Shown here piece after piece: positions 26,500 to 35,753 of a DNA stretch of 47,666 bases; the first letter of the stretch is position 1, and the number at the start of each line of letters is the position of its first letter. The stretch spans positions 1 through 47,666 of the forward strand of contig DXCG01000150.1 in assembly GCA_019116145.1 (NCBI GenBank), read 5' to 3'. Source of the stretch: Candidatus Phocaeicola gallistercoris. GTDB taxonomy: Bacteria > Bacteroidota > Bacteroidia > Bacteroidales > Bacteroidaceae. The translations under genes were made by a program, and so were the position numbers. Below the pieces are notes generated by a model. It was not told the DNA's origin. It made no database searches and saw only the letters and a list, made by a program, of their open reading frames with translations.

Positions 26500-27513
26500 T
26501 TACTTTTTAACAACACACCTGATATAACACCGACTTACCCATCTAATTAAAACAGGACTCAAGTTCGGATGAGAACGCCAGAAAGCGATATAATTGGAAT
26601 TGCCAGTGCTCACCAAATCATAGGCCTCTTGACTTATACTCTTCAATGTAGCATCAAATTGCCTCAACACCTTTTTATTTTGAGCCGAATAATTCAAAAA
26701 ACATGAGACGTATACCTCCTTTATCATATAATATAGTCTACCATGAAAATATAAACGCAGCTGATCCGAAACGCTATTCTTATATTGTTCGTAAGCCCTA
26801 CTCATGGCATATACGCACTGACAAGCATGGGAAATACGTTTTGCTTTTACTGCCGGGTTCATTGTCTGTCCTTCTCTTCCAACCAAATACTTATATACAC
26901 ATTTGTTAAAATGACAGACAGACTTCACTCCGACCATAGGAGTAAAAACCCATTCTTGGTCAGTATAAGAAATGCCTTCTGTCTGCCGATAAGAAAGAGA
27001 CAATAATATGCTACGCCGATAAGTTACAGCATGCATTTGAATATGACTGAAATCTTTGGTCGTACAAACATCATCTATTGATAAAAGTCCGCAAGGGAAC
27101 TCATGATCAAAGATTCTTGTTATATCTCTATCTTCATTAACAACCACAAAGTCAGACACAACCAAATCAGCATCCACCTTTTGTAAGAAGTCAAGAAATT
27201 GGGAAAAATTACCAGTATCAAAACTGTCATCAGCGTCAAGCACTTTCACATACTTGCCTGTGGCTTCCTTCAAACCCCGATTGACACATGAACCATAATT
27301 GCCGTTCTCCTTGTCTATCACCCTAAATGTCTGTGGATATTCACGTGCATATTCACGAGCAATGGTCAACGAGCCGTCACAGCTACCGTCATTTACGACA
27401 AGCACCTCCAATGCATCCATGCCCTCCCCATTCACTATAAGCGAATCAAGGCAATAACGAAGATACTTCTCCATGTTGTATGTCGGGATGATAAGTGTCA
27501 GAATCTTGTCCAT
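26500..27513 (-). CDS. Glycosyltransferase family 2
   Basis: IIPTYN, VNDGS, NGNYGS, LDADD, YTD. Confidence 0.92.
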   Translation of the reverse strand: MDKILTLIIPTYNMEKYLRYCLDSLIVNGEGMDALEVLVVNDGSCDGSLTIAREYAREYPQTFRVIDKENGNYGSCVNRGLKEATGKYVKVLDADDSFDTGNFSQFLDFLQKVDADLVVSDFVVVNEDRDITRIFDHEFPCGLLSIDDVCTTKDFSHIQMHAVTYRRSILLSLSYRQTEGISYTDQEWVFTPMVGVKSVCHFNKCVYKYLVGREGQTMNPAVKAKRISHACQCVYAMSRAYEQYKNSVSDQLRLYFHGRLYYMIKEVYVSCFLNYSAQNKKVLRQFDATLKSISQEAYDLVSTGNSNYIAFWRSHPNLSPVLIRWVSRCYIRCVVKK

Positions 27514-27523
27514 GACTTATTTG

Positions 27524-28558
27524 TTAGCAGATAAAACCTGAACGTTCTTTACGTCCGTCAAAAAAAGTTTTCAGATCAAGCACTACCTTAGGAATCAGTT
27601 TTTTAACTCTTTGCCTCATAGTAACAGGCTTCACCACGCGCTTATAAGGAGAAGGACGCTTCATCAGTTCCGCTTCATTAGCGTTGATATCCTTTAATAT
27701 TGCTTGCACAGCATCATAAATTTCAGCAGATTTTCCATCTTTATGCCATTGCTCTGTACACACTTCACCGTATTGCTCCAGTATACCTTTCTTGTCAAGC
27801 TCCTCTCGTTGGGTGAAAAAAGCAAAATGCGCCACTATAGCATCACCATTCCAAGCATTCGACATCCCCCTCCGTGTGGGATATATGCAGGACAAGAATT
27901 CCTCATCATCGCCGGGAACAACGCCTGCGAATTTTCGCATCTCATCACCAAACCATAAAACCGAATTTATTGAAAAACGAGTCATACCCATCTCTTTCTT
28001 TCCCAAATGAAGTTCTTCCCACTTCTTAGTTTTAAGAAATTTCTCCAAAAACCAAGAGTGCAATTCCTGTGCAAAAACTCCACTCCGCCACAACACAGGA
28101 TGACTGGCATAGGAATTATAATAATCATCCAACTTGATTTTCTCTTCCAACTCGAGCAAATAAGTTGACAGGGAATTGTTTATCACCAAAGGCGAAACGA
28201 GGAAATATTGAGGATTATCTACACGGAACTTAACCATTTTCTCAATCAGTCCAGGCTCCATCCAAACAATATCATCATCCAATTTAAAATAAATCGTATC
28301 GGGTTCTACACACGCTTTATAAAAAGCATTAATGCTCTTATTGCCATTTACAACTCCATCAGGCTGCCAAACCAGATTAACAACAGGATATTTTTCAGCT
28401 ATTCGCTTGAAAAATTCAATGTCAGCCCCGTTATGAGTATTCACCCAAACATCATAACGATCAACCATTTTACTTGATACAATATATGGAATCAAATACT
28501 GCATATAACGGCGGCGACCGGCAGCTGTATTAAGAACTATCTTGTAACTATTATACAT
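27524..28558 (-). CDS. Hypothetical protein, probable GT-A fold transferase
   Basis: TAAGRRRYM N-terminus, YFKLDDDIVW acidic motif, DDEE, AHFAF; located among GTs. Confidence 0.55.
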   Translation of the reverse strand: MYNSYKIVLNTAAGRRRYMQYLIPYIVSSKMVDRYDVWVNTHNGADIEFFKRIAEKYPVVNLVWQPDGVVNGNKSINAFYKACVEPDTIYFKLDDDIVWMEPGLIEKMVKFRVDNPQYFLVSPLVINNSLSTYLLELEEKIKLDDYYNSYASHPVLWRSGVFAQELHSWFLEKFLKTKKWEELHLGKKEMGMTRFSINSVLWFGDEMRKFAGVVPGDDEEFLSCIYPTRRGMSNAWNGDAIVAHFAFFTQREELDKKGILEQYGEVCTEQWHKDGKSAEIYDAVQAILKDINANEAELMKRPSPYKRVVKPVTMRQRVKKLIPKVVLDLKTFFDGRKERSGFIC

Positions 28559-28561
28559 GCC

Positions 28562-29698
28562 TTAAATCATTTTTTGAAACAAATTAATAGCCGACTCAAT
28601 TACTGGAGCCATATCATAATATTTATACTCAGCAAGTCTTCCGCCAAACAGCACTTTGCTCTCATTGTCAGCAAGAGATTTATATTTCATATACAAATCT
28701 CCGTTTCGTTCATCATTGACGGGATAATACGGTTCCATACCTTCTTTCCATTCAACCGAATACTCTCGTGAGATGACAGTCTTTGGTTTTTCATAAATTT
28801 CCTGTCCGAACATTTCGAAATGTTTATGCTCTATCACACGAGTATACGGCACATCACGCTCTGTATAATTAATTACGGCGTTTCCTTGATAATTAGGCAT
28901 ATCCAACACTTCATTTTCGAAACGAACCGTACGATACTCCAATTTTCCAAAGCGATAGTCATAAAACTCGTCTATCTTTCCAGTAAAGACAATCCTATCC
29001 GCCAGACCCTCCCAATATTCCCGATTCTCAAAGAAATCAACGCCAGTCTTGGTCTCTACCCCCTCAAGAAGACCTGAAACCAACTTATTATATCCTCCAA
29101 TGGGTATGCCTTGATACTTATCGTTGAAGTAATTGTTGTCATATACAAGTCTTACCGGTAAACGTCGTATGATGAAAGACGGCAATTCAGTACATTTCCG
29201 TCCCCATTGCTTCTCCGTATAACCCTTAATCAGTTTCTCATATATATCTTTCCCAACAAGCGTCAAAGCCTGTTCTTCCAAGTTACGAGGCTCAGTCACA
29301 CCTTTCTCACGCATCATCGCCAACACTTCTTGCCTTTGGGCTTCAATCTTTTCATGAGCTTGTTCTGGAGTAACCACACCCCACATCTGATAAAACGTAT
29401 TCATATTGAAAGGTAAGTTGTATAACCGACCTTTATAATTAGCTACCGGAGAATTAGTATATCGGTTGAATTCTACAATAGAATTAACAAAATCCCACAC
29501 CTTTTTATTGGATGTATGGAATATATGTGCACCATATTTATGTACGTTTATCCCCTCCACATTCTCGCAATAGACATTTCCGCCCAAATGTTTGCGCTTG
29601 TCTATCACCAGACATTTTTTCCCCTCTTTATGAACCAGATAAGCAAATGTCGCTCCAAACAGACCGGAACCAACTATAAGATAATCATATCGTTTCAT
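28562..29698 (-). CDS. glf: UDP-galactopyranose mutase
   Basis: GSGLFG FAD motif, HKYGAHIFHT, YTEKQWG, YQGIP, EPYYP, GRLAEYKYYDM. Confidence 0.97.
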   Translation of the reverse strand: MKRYDYLIVGSGLFGATFAYLVHKEGKKCLVIDKRKHLGGNVYCENVEGINVHKYGAHIFHTSNKKVWDFVNSIVEFNRYTNSPVANYKGRLYNLPFNMNTFYQMWGVVTPEQAHEKIEAQRQEVLAMMREKGVTEPRNLEEQALTLVGKDIYEKLIKGYTEKQWGRKCTELPSFIIRRLPVRLVYDNNYFNDKYQGIPIGGYNKLVSGLLEGVETKTGVDFFENREYWEGLADRIVFTGKIDEFYDYRFGKLEYRTVRFENEVLDMPNYQGNAVINYTERDVPYTRVIEHKHFEMFGQEIYEKPKTVISREYSVEWKEGMEPYYPVNDERNGDLYMKYKSLADNESKVLFGGRLAEYKYYDMAPVIESAINLFQKMI

Positions 29699-29719
29699 GA
29701 CATACCATAATATTTATTC

Positions 29720-30778
29720 TTACGAGAGCAATATTTTCATGTGTTCCTTAATCGTATTCCTCCCTATTTTATGTATCAATGCAAACAATGTCATTTGAAA
29801 TAATGTATGGGCTTTTTTATCCATCTTGTCAAGCACCTCCTGATAACTCATGGAAGGAAAATCTTCTATTGGAACGAAACATTCCGGATGCTCATCTTTC
29901 ATCTTCTTCACCTTATCACAACAGTATTTCCGGTTGGCATGAATATGGAACCAAACCGGATAACTGAACATGTGTTTTTTACATGATTTATCAACAAACA
30001 CTTCTGTCACCGAATAAGGCTTCCTGTCTTCTCTATAATATTTGCCCCAATATGTATGATCAGAGACTTTAAATATCACAGTATCACCCTCCCCATTATA
30101 TGGAGGATGAATGTTCACCCCATCGAATGTCACATACCATCGGTCATCTTTAAATACATTCACGCCAGATAAGGCAATGAGTGCCTTTCCACGTTGCAGC
30201 ATCCATTTTGAATAATCAGAATATGGCTTAAAAAGAATTTTCACGAACCAATCCGGAATCATCCACAAACAAGGCTTTCCTGATCGAAGAGACACTCTAC
30301 GATACAGTGAAAAGTACATCATAAACAACCATCCCAGAATAAAGCTGATATGCCATTTCATCCGGATGTCCCCACTACAGATATCTCTCCATTTTTTCAG
30401 TTCATCCGCAAAATATAACTGATCGGCATCAATCTTAGTCAGATACTTATACCTAGCTTTCGACATACCCCAATTACATAAATTACCATAAAGACGCGGT
30501 GAATCATCAGGCAATATCTTTGCAAAATCAAACTCCTCCTGTGTCAGATCAAATGCCAGAACTTTGTGATTATACTCAAAGACTCTCAATTTATCAGGAT
30601 ATTGACGTTTCTTCTCCTCCAAAACCTCCAATGTATTATCTGTACAATCGAAACAGACAACTATCAATTCATCCAAAGCATCAATGCATGAGTCTATACA
30701 CGGACCTAGAAGCGAAGCCTCATTCCGTGTACGGATGAGACCTGACAAACCATCTTTTCTCTCGCAGATACTATTCAT
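29720..30778 (-). CDS. GT-A glycosyltransferase (GT2/CgtA-like)
   Basis: GLIRTRNEA, DCTDNT, KIDADQLY. Confidence 0.7.
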   Translation of the reverse strand: MNSICERKDGLSGLIRTRNEASLLGPCIDSCIDALDELIVVCFDCTDNTLEVLEEKKRQYPDKLRVFEYNHKVLAFDLTQEEFDFAKILPDDSPRLYGNLCNWGMSKARYKYLTKIDADQLYFADELKKWRDICSGDIRMKWHISFILGWLFMMYFSLYRRVSLRSGKPCLWMIPDWFVKILFKPYSDYSKWMLQRGKALIALSGVNVFKDDRWYVTFDGVNIHPPYNGEGDTVIFKVSDHTYWGKYYREDRKPYSVTEVFVDKSCKKHMFSYPVWFHIHANRKYCCDKVKKMKDEHPECFVPIEDFPSMSYQEVLDKMDKKAHTLFQMTLFALIHKIGRNTIKEHMKILLS

Positions 30779-30838
30779 GCCAATAATAAATTAGGAATTG
30801 ATTCTGTAATCCACCTTTATCTCCTTCAAACTCATATA

Positions 30839-31807
30839 TCATGAAATCATTTTAATTTCAGATATTTCCTCCCATTTCACATTCGTGTTCAATACAAGCT
30901 TATCAAACATCAATTTTGTAACAAACCAACTTCCATAATGCTTTTTCAATATCCGAAATACTTTTACCATCATACGCCATTGTTTTAACATCCACCTTCG
31001 GCTCATAGCCTTAGCAAACTGATAGAGAATAAATCTCGCCGCCATGTCACTCCGTTCCACGTTATATATGGCCAGCCTTGCTTTGAACTCCACCAACCTC
31101 CGACGGTTCTGTGACACTTCCGACCAGACACCTCCATTATGATAACGGTAAACACCCATCGCTTCAGGAAAACAATAACCTTTGCCATGTTTCAACAATT
31201 CATAAAACAAGATGATGTCCATTGACATTCCATATCGCTCATATCGTTTCAAATCCAATGCGCTACGACGATACATTACTGTCAATGTCTGAGTGAACCA
31301 CTTGCCCCCTATCAGGTTCTGCAAATCATAATCTGCGCCCTGAAATGTATCATCTTTCTCTTTCTCCAAACGATGCCTATCTTCATAATATTGATCAAAA
31401 CGGTGTGAACACATCACATAATCAGGATGGCTTTCTAAAAAATCCACTTGCTTTTGAAGTTTGTATGGGTCGGTCCAATAATCATCGCCCTCACACATGG
31501 CCACATATTTTCCATGTGTATATGCATTCATTATACGCCTTATACTTCCATCATGTTTTGAATACTGATTTTCCGTTTCATATATAGGCTTTATTATGTC
31601 AGGATATTTCTCAGCATATTCACGGATTATAGCGGCAGTTCCATCTGTAGACGCATCATCATGAACTATAGCCTCGAAACGGAAGCTTGTCTTTTGCATC
31701 ACAAAGCCTTCCAAACATTGACGAATATATGGTTCATGGTTATACGTTATGCAACGGATTGTCACCATTAGTGGATGTTTATCTGGCACAATTGTTTCAT
31801 CTTTCAT
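30839..31807 (-). CDS. Glycosyltransferase family 2
   Basis: CITYNHEPYI, HDDASTDGT, CEGDDYW..PYKLQKQ; subtype often found next to amino-sugar genes. Confidence 0.92.
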   Translation of the reverse strand: MKDETIVPDKHPLMVTIRCITYNHEPYIRQCLEGFVMQKTSFRFEAIVHDDASTDGTAAIIREYAEKYPDIIKPIYETENQYSKHDGSIRRIMNAYTHGKYVAMCEGDDYWTDPYKLQKQVDFLESHPDYVMCSHRFDQYYEDRHRLEKEKDDTFQGADYDLQNLIGGKWFTQTLTVMYRRSALDLKRYERYGMSMDIILFYELLKHGKGYCFPEAMGVYRYHNGGVWSEVSQNRRRLVEFKARLAIYNVERSDMAARFILYQFAKAMSRRWMLKQWRMMVKVFRILKKHYGSWFVTKLMFDKLVLNTNVKWEEISEIKMIS

Positions 31808-32690
31808 TCTTCTTTCTTTCTATCAAATCTTTCTTTTTAAGAATATTTTTGGCCATTTTCACCATTGGAGGACCAATAAATTTCTCATCCTTAACTGCAA
31901 CCCCTTTACCCTCAGCTTCAGCTTCTTCTGATAGCTTTATCATTTCTTCCGCCCAAGAGATTTCTTCTTGTGTCGGCGAATAATACTGATTCACTAAAGG
32001 TAATTCCTTAGGATTTAACACCAACGTTCCTTCAAAACCAAGCCGACGGCCTATTATCAGATTCTTTTCCAGATCGTCCAAATCATGAACACGTATATGC
32101 ACTGTATCAATAGGTAAAACGCCACAACTTCTTGCTCCTATACTGATCAAATTACGAGCCATCATTATACTTTGTCCCTCAACATCATGTTTACCTTGTA
32201 AGTCCGTTACAAAATCCTCGCATCCGAACGCTACAGCAACAACACGTGTACATGCTTCACAAATTTCCTTAATATTAATAACCGCTCCAGTCGTTTCAAT
32301 TAATGGAATAATTTTGAACGTTCCTATTGGAATGTCTTTCTCATATTCAATTGTTTCTAATAATTTTCCGAAAAAATAAATATCTTCACCTTTTGTAGAC
32401 TTCGGATACATGAATCCTGTTATTCCATCTATTGTTAATTGGTAAGCATCCTTCAGCAATTCACCACTTTCACGATCATTCACTCTTGGAAATAACAATT
32501 TCCCATTCAAATCAGTACGCTTGACATACTCTTTTATATTATCACGGGCTTTTTGCTTATCACAATATGGTACAGAATCCTCAATATCAAGTAATAAAAC
32601 ATCCGCATCACGTCGAACCGCACTATCCAATAGTTTCTGATTATGCGCAGGAACGAACATTAAACTGCGCATCAAGTACATATTATCCAT
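31797..32690 (-). CDS. CitE-like CoA-ester lyase (HpcH/HpaI aldolase/citrate lyase family)
   Basis: RSLMFVPA, DIEDSV, PRVN, PK, LIET, FGCEDF, IDTV. Confidence 0.9.
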   Translation of the reverse strand: MDNMYLMRSLMFVPAHNQKLLDSAVRRDADVLLLDIEDSVPYCDKQKARDNIKEYVKRTDLNGKLLFPRVNDRESGELLKDAYQLTIDGITGFMYPKSTKGEDIYFFGKLLETIEYEKDIPIGTFKIIPLIETTGAVINIKEICEACTRVVAVAFGCEDFVTDLQGKHDVEGQSIMMARNLISIGARSCGVLPIDTVHIRVHDLDDLEKNLIIGRRLGFEGTLVLNPKELPLVNQYYSPTQEEISWAEEMIKLSEEAEAEGKGVAVKDEKFIGPPMVKMAKNILKKKDLIERKKNER

Positions 32691-33144
32691 TTCTTTTTTT
32701 TACTAAAACCTTTCTTCTAAAAGACAAGACATCTACACCATCCTGATTATATGCAATCGATTCTACATACACGATGCCTCTATCAGGTTTAGATTTTGAC
32801 TCACGCTTATCAAGAATTACCGAACGCACATAAATAGTATCATTTAAGAACACAGGATTAAGATGCTTTATATTCTCATACTCCAAATTAGCTATTGCCT
32901 TTCCACTTATATCGGAAACCGTTATACCAACAGCTAAAGAAAAAACCAATGTTCCGACCACTAATATTTTCCCATGCTGATTCTTTAAAGCATAATCAAC
33001 ATTAGTATGTACAGGGTGATGATTCATCGTCAACAATGAAAAAAAATTATTATCGCTCTCAAATATCGTTTTTGATAAAGCATGATGAATCTCATCGCCA
33101 ACAATAAAATCTTCGTAATATAAGCCCAATATAGATTGTTGCAT
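32683..33144 (-). CDS. MaoC-family acyl-CoA (de)hydratase
   Basis: GLYYEDF, ESDN..FSLLTMNHHPVH, PVF..DTI, RESKSKPDRGIV. Confidence 0.9.
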   Translation of the reverse strand: MQQSILGLYYEDFIVGDEIHHALSKTIFESDNNFFSLLTMNHHPVHTNVDYALKNQHGKILVVGTLVFSLAVGITVSDISGKAIANLEYENIKHLNPVFLNDTIYVRSVILDKRESKSKPDRGIVYVESIAYNQDGVDVLSFRRKVLVKKRNG

Positions 33145-33161
33145 AAATCAATATTATTATG

Positions 33162-33851
33162 TTATCTCTTGTTTTTCGTAAAAACCAACTTTTCTTCTAT
33201 CTCATCTTGAGAATATTGCTTAAAAACTATATTTTCAGAAGAAGTTACATATTTGGAATAATTGGGCATATTTCGCTTTACCACTGTACATGCACCAATC
33301 AGACATTTGTCTCCAATATAAGTATCATCAAAAATTGTGGCATTCAAACCAACAAAAGATTGTTCACCAATTGAACTACCACCACCCAATAAGGAACGAG
33401 CACCGAAAAAACAATGAGAAGCTACATGAGTATCAGCTCCTATTAATGTATAAGCCATAATTGCGATATCCGATTCCAATTGTGCTTCATTTTGTATAAT
33501 TACATAATCATGAATCCAACAATTGTCACCTTTTATATTTCCACGAATTATTGCATAAGGTGAAATGATATTTGCCATCCTATAATTATAGGATTTACAC
33601 ATTTCATATATTTTTTTTCTATCACGATTAAGATGATTCCATAATACAGCTACAAAAACAAAAAAGTGTTGTTCCTTACATTCTTCTCTTAAATGTTCTA
33701 ACGTATATACAGGTAGACCACAAAACTCATCACAAATTTTATATTGTCTATTCACTGCAAAACCTATAATATTATAGAGATTATACATTTTTACAAAAGA
33801 AAATACATGCCGAGCAGTTGTACTAACACCTACTATTACCAGATTTTCCAT
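33162..33851 (-). CDS. Hexapeptide-repeat N-acyltransferase (PglD/NeuD-like)
   Basis: Rossmann-like N-terminus (LVIVG), NIISP, then left-handed beta-helix repeats. Confidence 0.82.
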   Translation of the reverse strand: MENLVIVGVSTTARHVFSFVKMYNLYNIIGFAVNRQYKICDEFCGLPVYTLEHLREECKEQHFFVFVAVLWNHLNRDRKKIYEMCKSYNYRMANIISPYAIIRGNIKGDNCWIHDYVIIQNEAQLESDIAIMAYTLIGADTHVASHCFFGARSLLGGGSSIGEQSFVGLNATIFDDTYIGDKCLIGACTVVKRNMPNYSKYVTSSENIVFKQYSQDEIEEKLVFTKNKR

Positions 33852-33947
33852 AATGAAATTTTCTAAAATTATTAGAGTTTATACAAAAAATAAGAAACAG
33901 GGATTGTGGTTATCAGTTCCCTAAAACCTTATTCGATATACTGTCTA

Positions 33948-34643
33948 TTACTCCAAAATATAATTATCCAAAATCTTATTCACTTCCTCCACAGAATTGA
34001 ACATAAGCACATCTATAATCGATAAATTAGGAACAAACTCCATATTCGGAAATTGCGTATATCGTAGATTTTCATCTGTTTTCAGAAAATGAAGAGATAT
34101 ACCATTATCCTCAAACTCTTTTTTATCATACAATTCCTTGCCACCAATAGCATTATAATAAGTATCGGCTTCTAGGATTTTGCAGATTTCCATCACTTTA
34201 TCCTTTCCCCTCAAGGAATTGTCTTTAACAATACCAGAAGATAATATCAACTCTGTTTTAATACCCAAATAAGACAGAATTTGCTCAAAACTATTTTTTA
34301 TAAAAAGATCCAACCGCTTTTCCGGATATGAAAAGATTTTCTCCATAAGCCCCATAGTTGATTGAAAGAAAGGAACTTTAGAGTAATTCATTTCTAATGT
34401 TTTTATAAGCTTCTTAAAATCATCCAAGATTTGAATTTCAGCAAAATGCTTGTTCGGGCTTGCTCCTTGAAGCTTTATCGTAAAAAGCTGCTTCTTACCG
34501 TTTATAAGAATATTATTCCTTGCAACCCATCCGCCTTTTATATAATTGACATCATTGTATATTACATACTTATCTACAGCTTTCATCAATTGAAAGTATC
34601 CAATATAAGGCATAAAATAAGGCTGCATTATTCCCAGTTTCAT
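33948..34643 (-). CDS. wbqC: WbqC-family protein (putative N-glycyl transferase)
   Basis: IMQPYFMPYIGYFQL, GWVARN, YYNAIGG, LSIIDVLMFN. Confidence 0.9.
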   Translation of the reverse strand: MKLGIMQPYFMPYIGYFQLMKAVDKYVIYNDVNYIKGGWVARNNILINGKKQLFTIKLQGASPNKHFAEIQILDDFKKLIKTLEMNYSKVPFFQSTMGLMEKIFSYPEKRLDLFIKNSFEQILSYLGIKTELILSSGIVKDNSLRGKDKVMEICKILEADTYYNAIGGKELYDKKEFEDNGISLHFLKTDENLRYTQFPNMEFVPNLSIIDVLMFNSVEEVNKILDNYILE

Positions 34644-35749
34644 TTCACTATCAACTTTATAATCCGTTCCACATCCTCATCCGTCAACCCGTAATACATC
34701 GGCAGACAAATCACCTGCTCGGCAATCTTGGTCGCTACAGGCAAATTATCCGGCACAGCCGATTCCAGTCCCCGATAAGTGGAGAATGTGCTTATCAGTG
34801 GATAGAAATAACGTCTGCCCAACACATTGTGCTCCTTCATCTTGAAATATAATTCGTCGCGTGTCATTCCATACTGCTCCGCATCCACAAATATCGGGAA
34901 ATAAGCATAATTATGCTGCACCCCTAACACATCTTCCAAGAACCGGATACCCGGAACATTCCCTAACGCCTTGCGGTATGCGTCCGCCACATGGTGACGG
35001 ACCGTTATTGCCTCATTCACCTGCTTCAAATTAATCAGACCGTATGCTGCACGCACCTCGTCCATCTTGCTGTTGATGCCGGGTGCTACTACCGTCGTCT
35101 CTCCAGCAAAACCGAAGTTCTTCAGGTAATCAATACGCTTCTTGGTCTGCTCATCGTGCATAACCAACGCACCGCCTTCAATGGTGTTATAAACTTTTGT
35201 AGCGTGAAAACTTAGCGTAGACATGTCACCCGCATTCAGAATGCTTTCTCCGTTCACCTTCACACCAAAAGCATGCGCCGCATCATAGATGACCTTCAAC
35301 CCGTATTTGTCCGCAATCTCCTGTATGCGTTTCGTATCACAAGGATAACCATACACATGCACTGGCATGATGGCTGTAGTCCGCGGAGTGATGGCAGCTT
35401 CTATCTTATCAGGGTCAAGATTACATGTCACCGGATCAATGTCCACGAACACCGGCTTGATACCGTTCCACCATAAAGAGTGAGTGGTAGCCACAAAACT
35501 GAAAGGTGTAGTAATCACCTCACCTGTAACCCGCATGGCTTGCAAGGCAGTAATCAGCGGAAGCGTACCATTAGTGAACAAACTTATATAGGGAACATCC
35601 AGATACTCACACAACGCTTTCTCCAATTCCTGATGATAATACCCATTATTGGTTATCCACTTCCGTTTCCAAATGTCCTGCAGATAGACATTCAGTTCAT
35701 CCAAGGATGGCATCAACGGAGATGTCACCGTAATCAGCTTTTCTTCCAT
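34640..35749 (-). CDS. vioA: DegT-family sugar aminotransferase, VioA-like
   Basis: WITNNG, NGTL, PVHVYG, YDAAHAFG, SFHATKVYNTIEGG, NSKMDE, RRYFYP. Confidence 0.8.
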   Translation of the reverse strand: MEEKLITVTSPLMPSLDELNVYLQDIWKRKWITNNGYYHQELEKALCEYLDVPYISLFTNGTLPLITALQAMRVTGEVITTPFSFVATTHSLWWNGIKPVFVDIDPVTCNLDPDKIEAAITPRTTAIMPVHVYGYPCDTKRIQEIADKYGLKVIYDAAHAFGVKVNGESILNAGDMSTLSFHATKVYNTIEGGALVMHDEQTKKRIDYLKNFGFAGETTVVAPGINSKMDEVRAAYGLINLKQVNEAITVRHHVADAYRKALGNVPGIRFLEDVLGVQHNYAYFPIFVDAEQYGMTRDELYFKMKEHNVLGRRYFYPLISTFSTYRGLESAVPDNLPVATKIAEQVICLPMYYGLTDEDVERIIKLIVK

Positions 35750-35753
35750 TATC

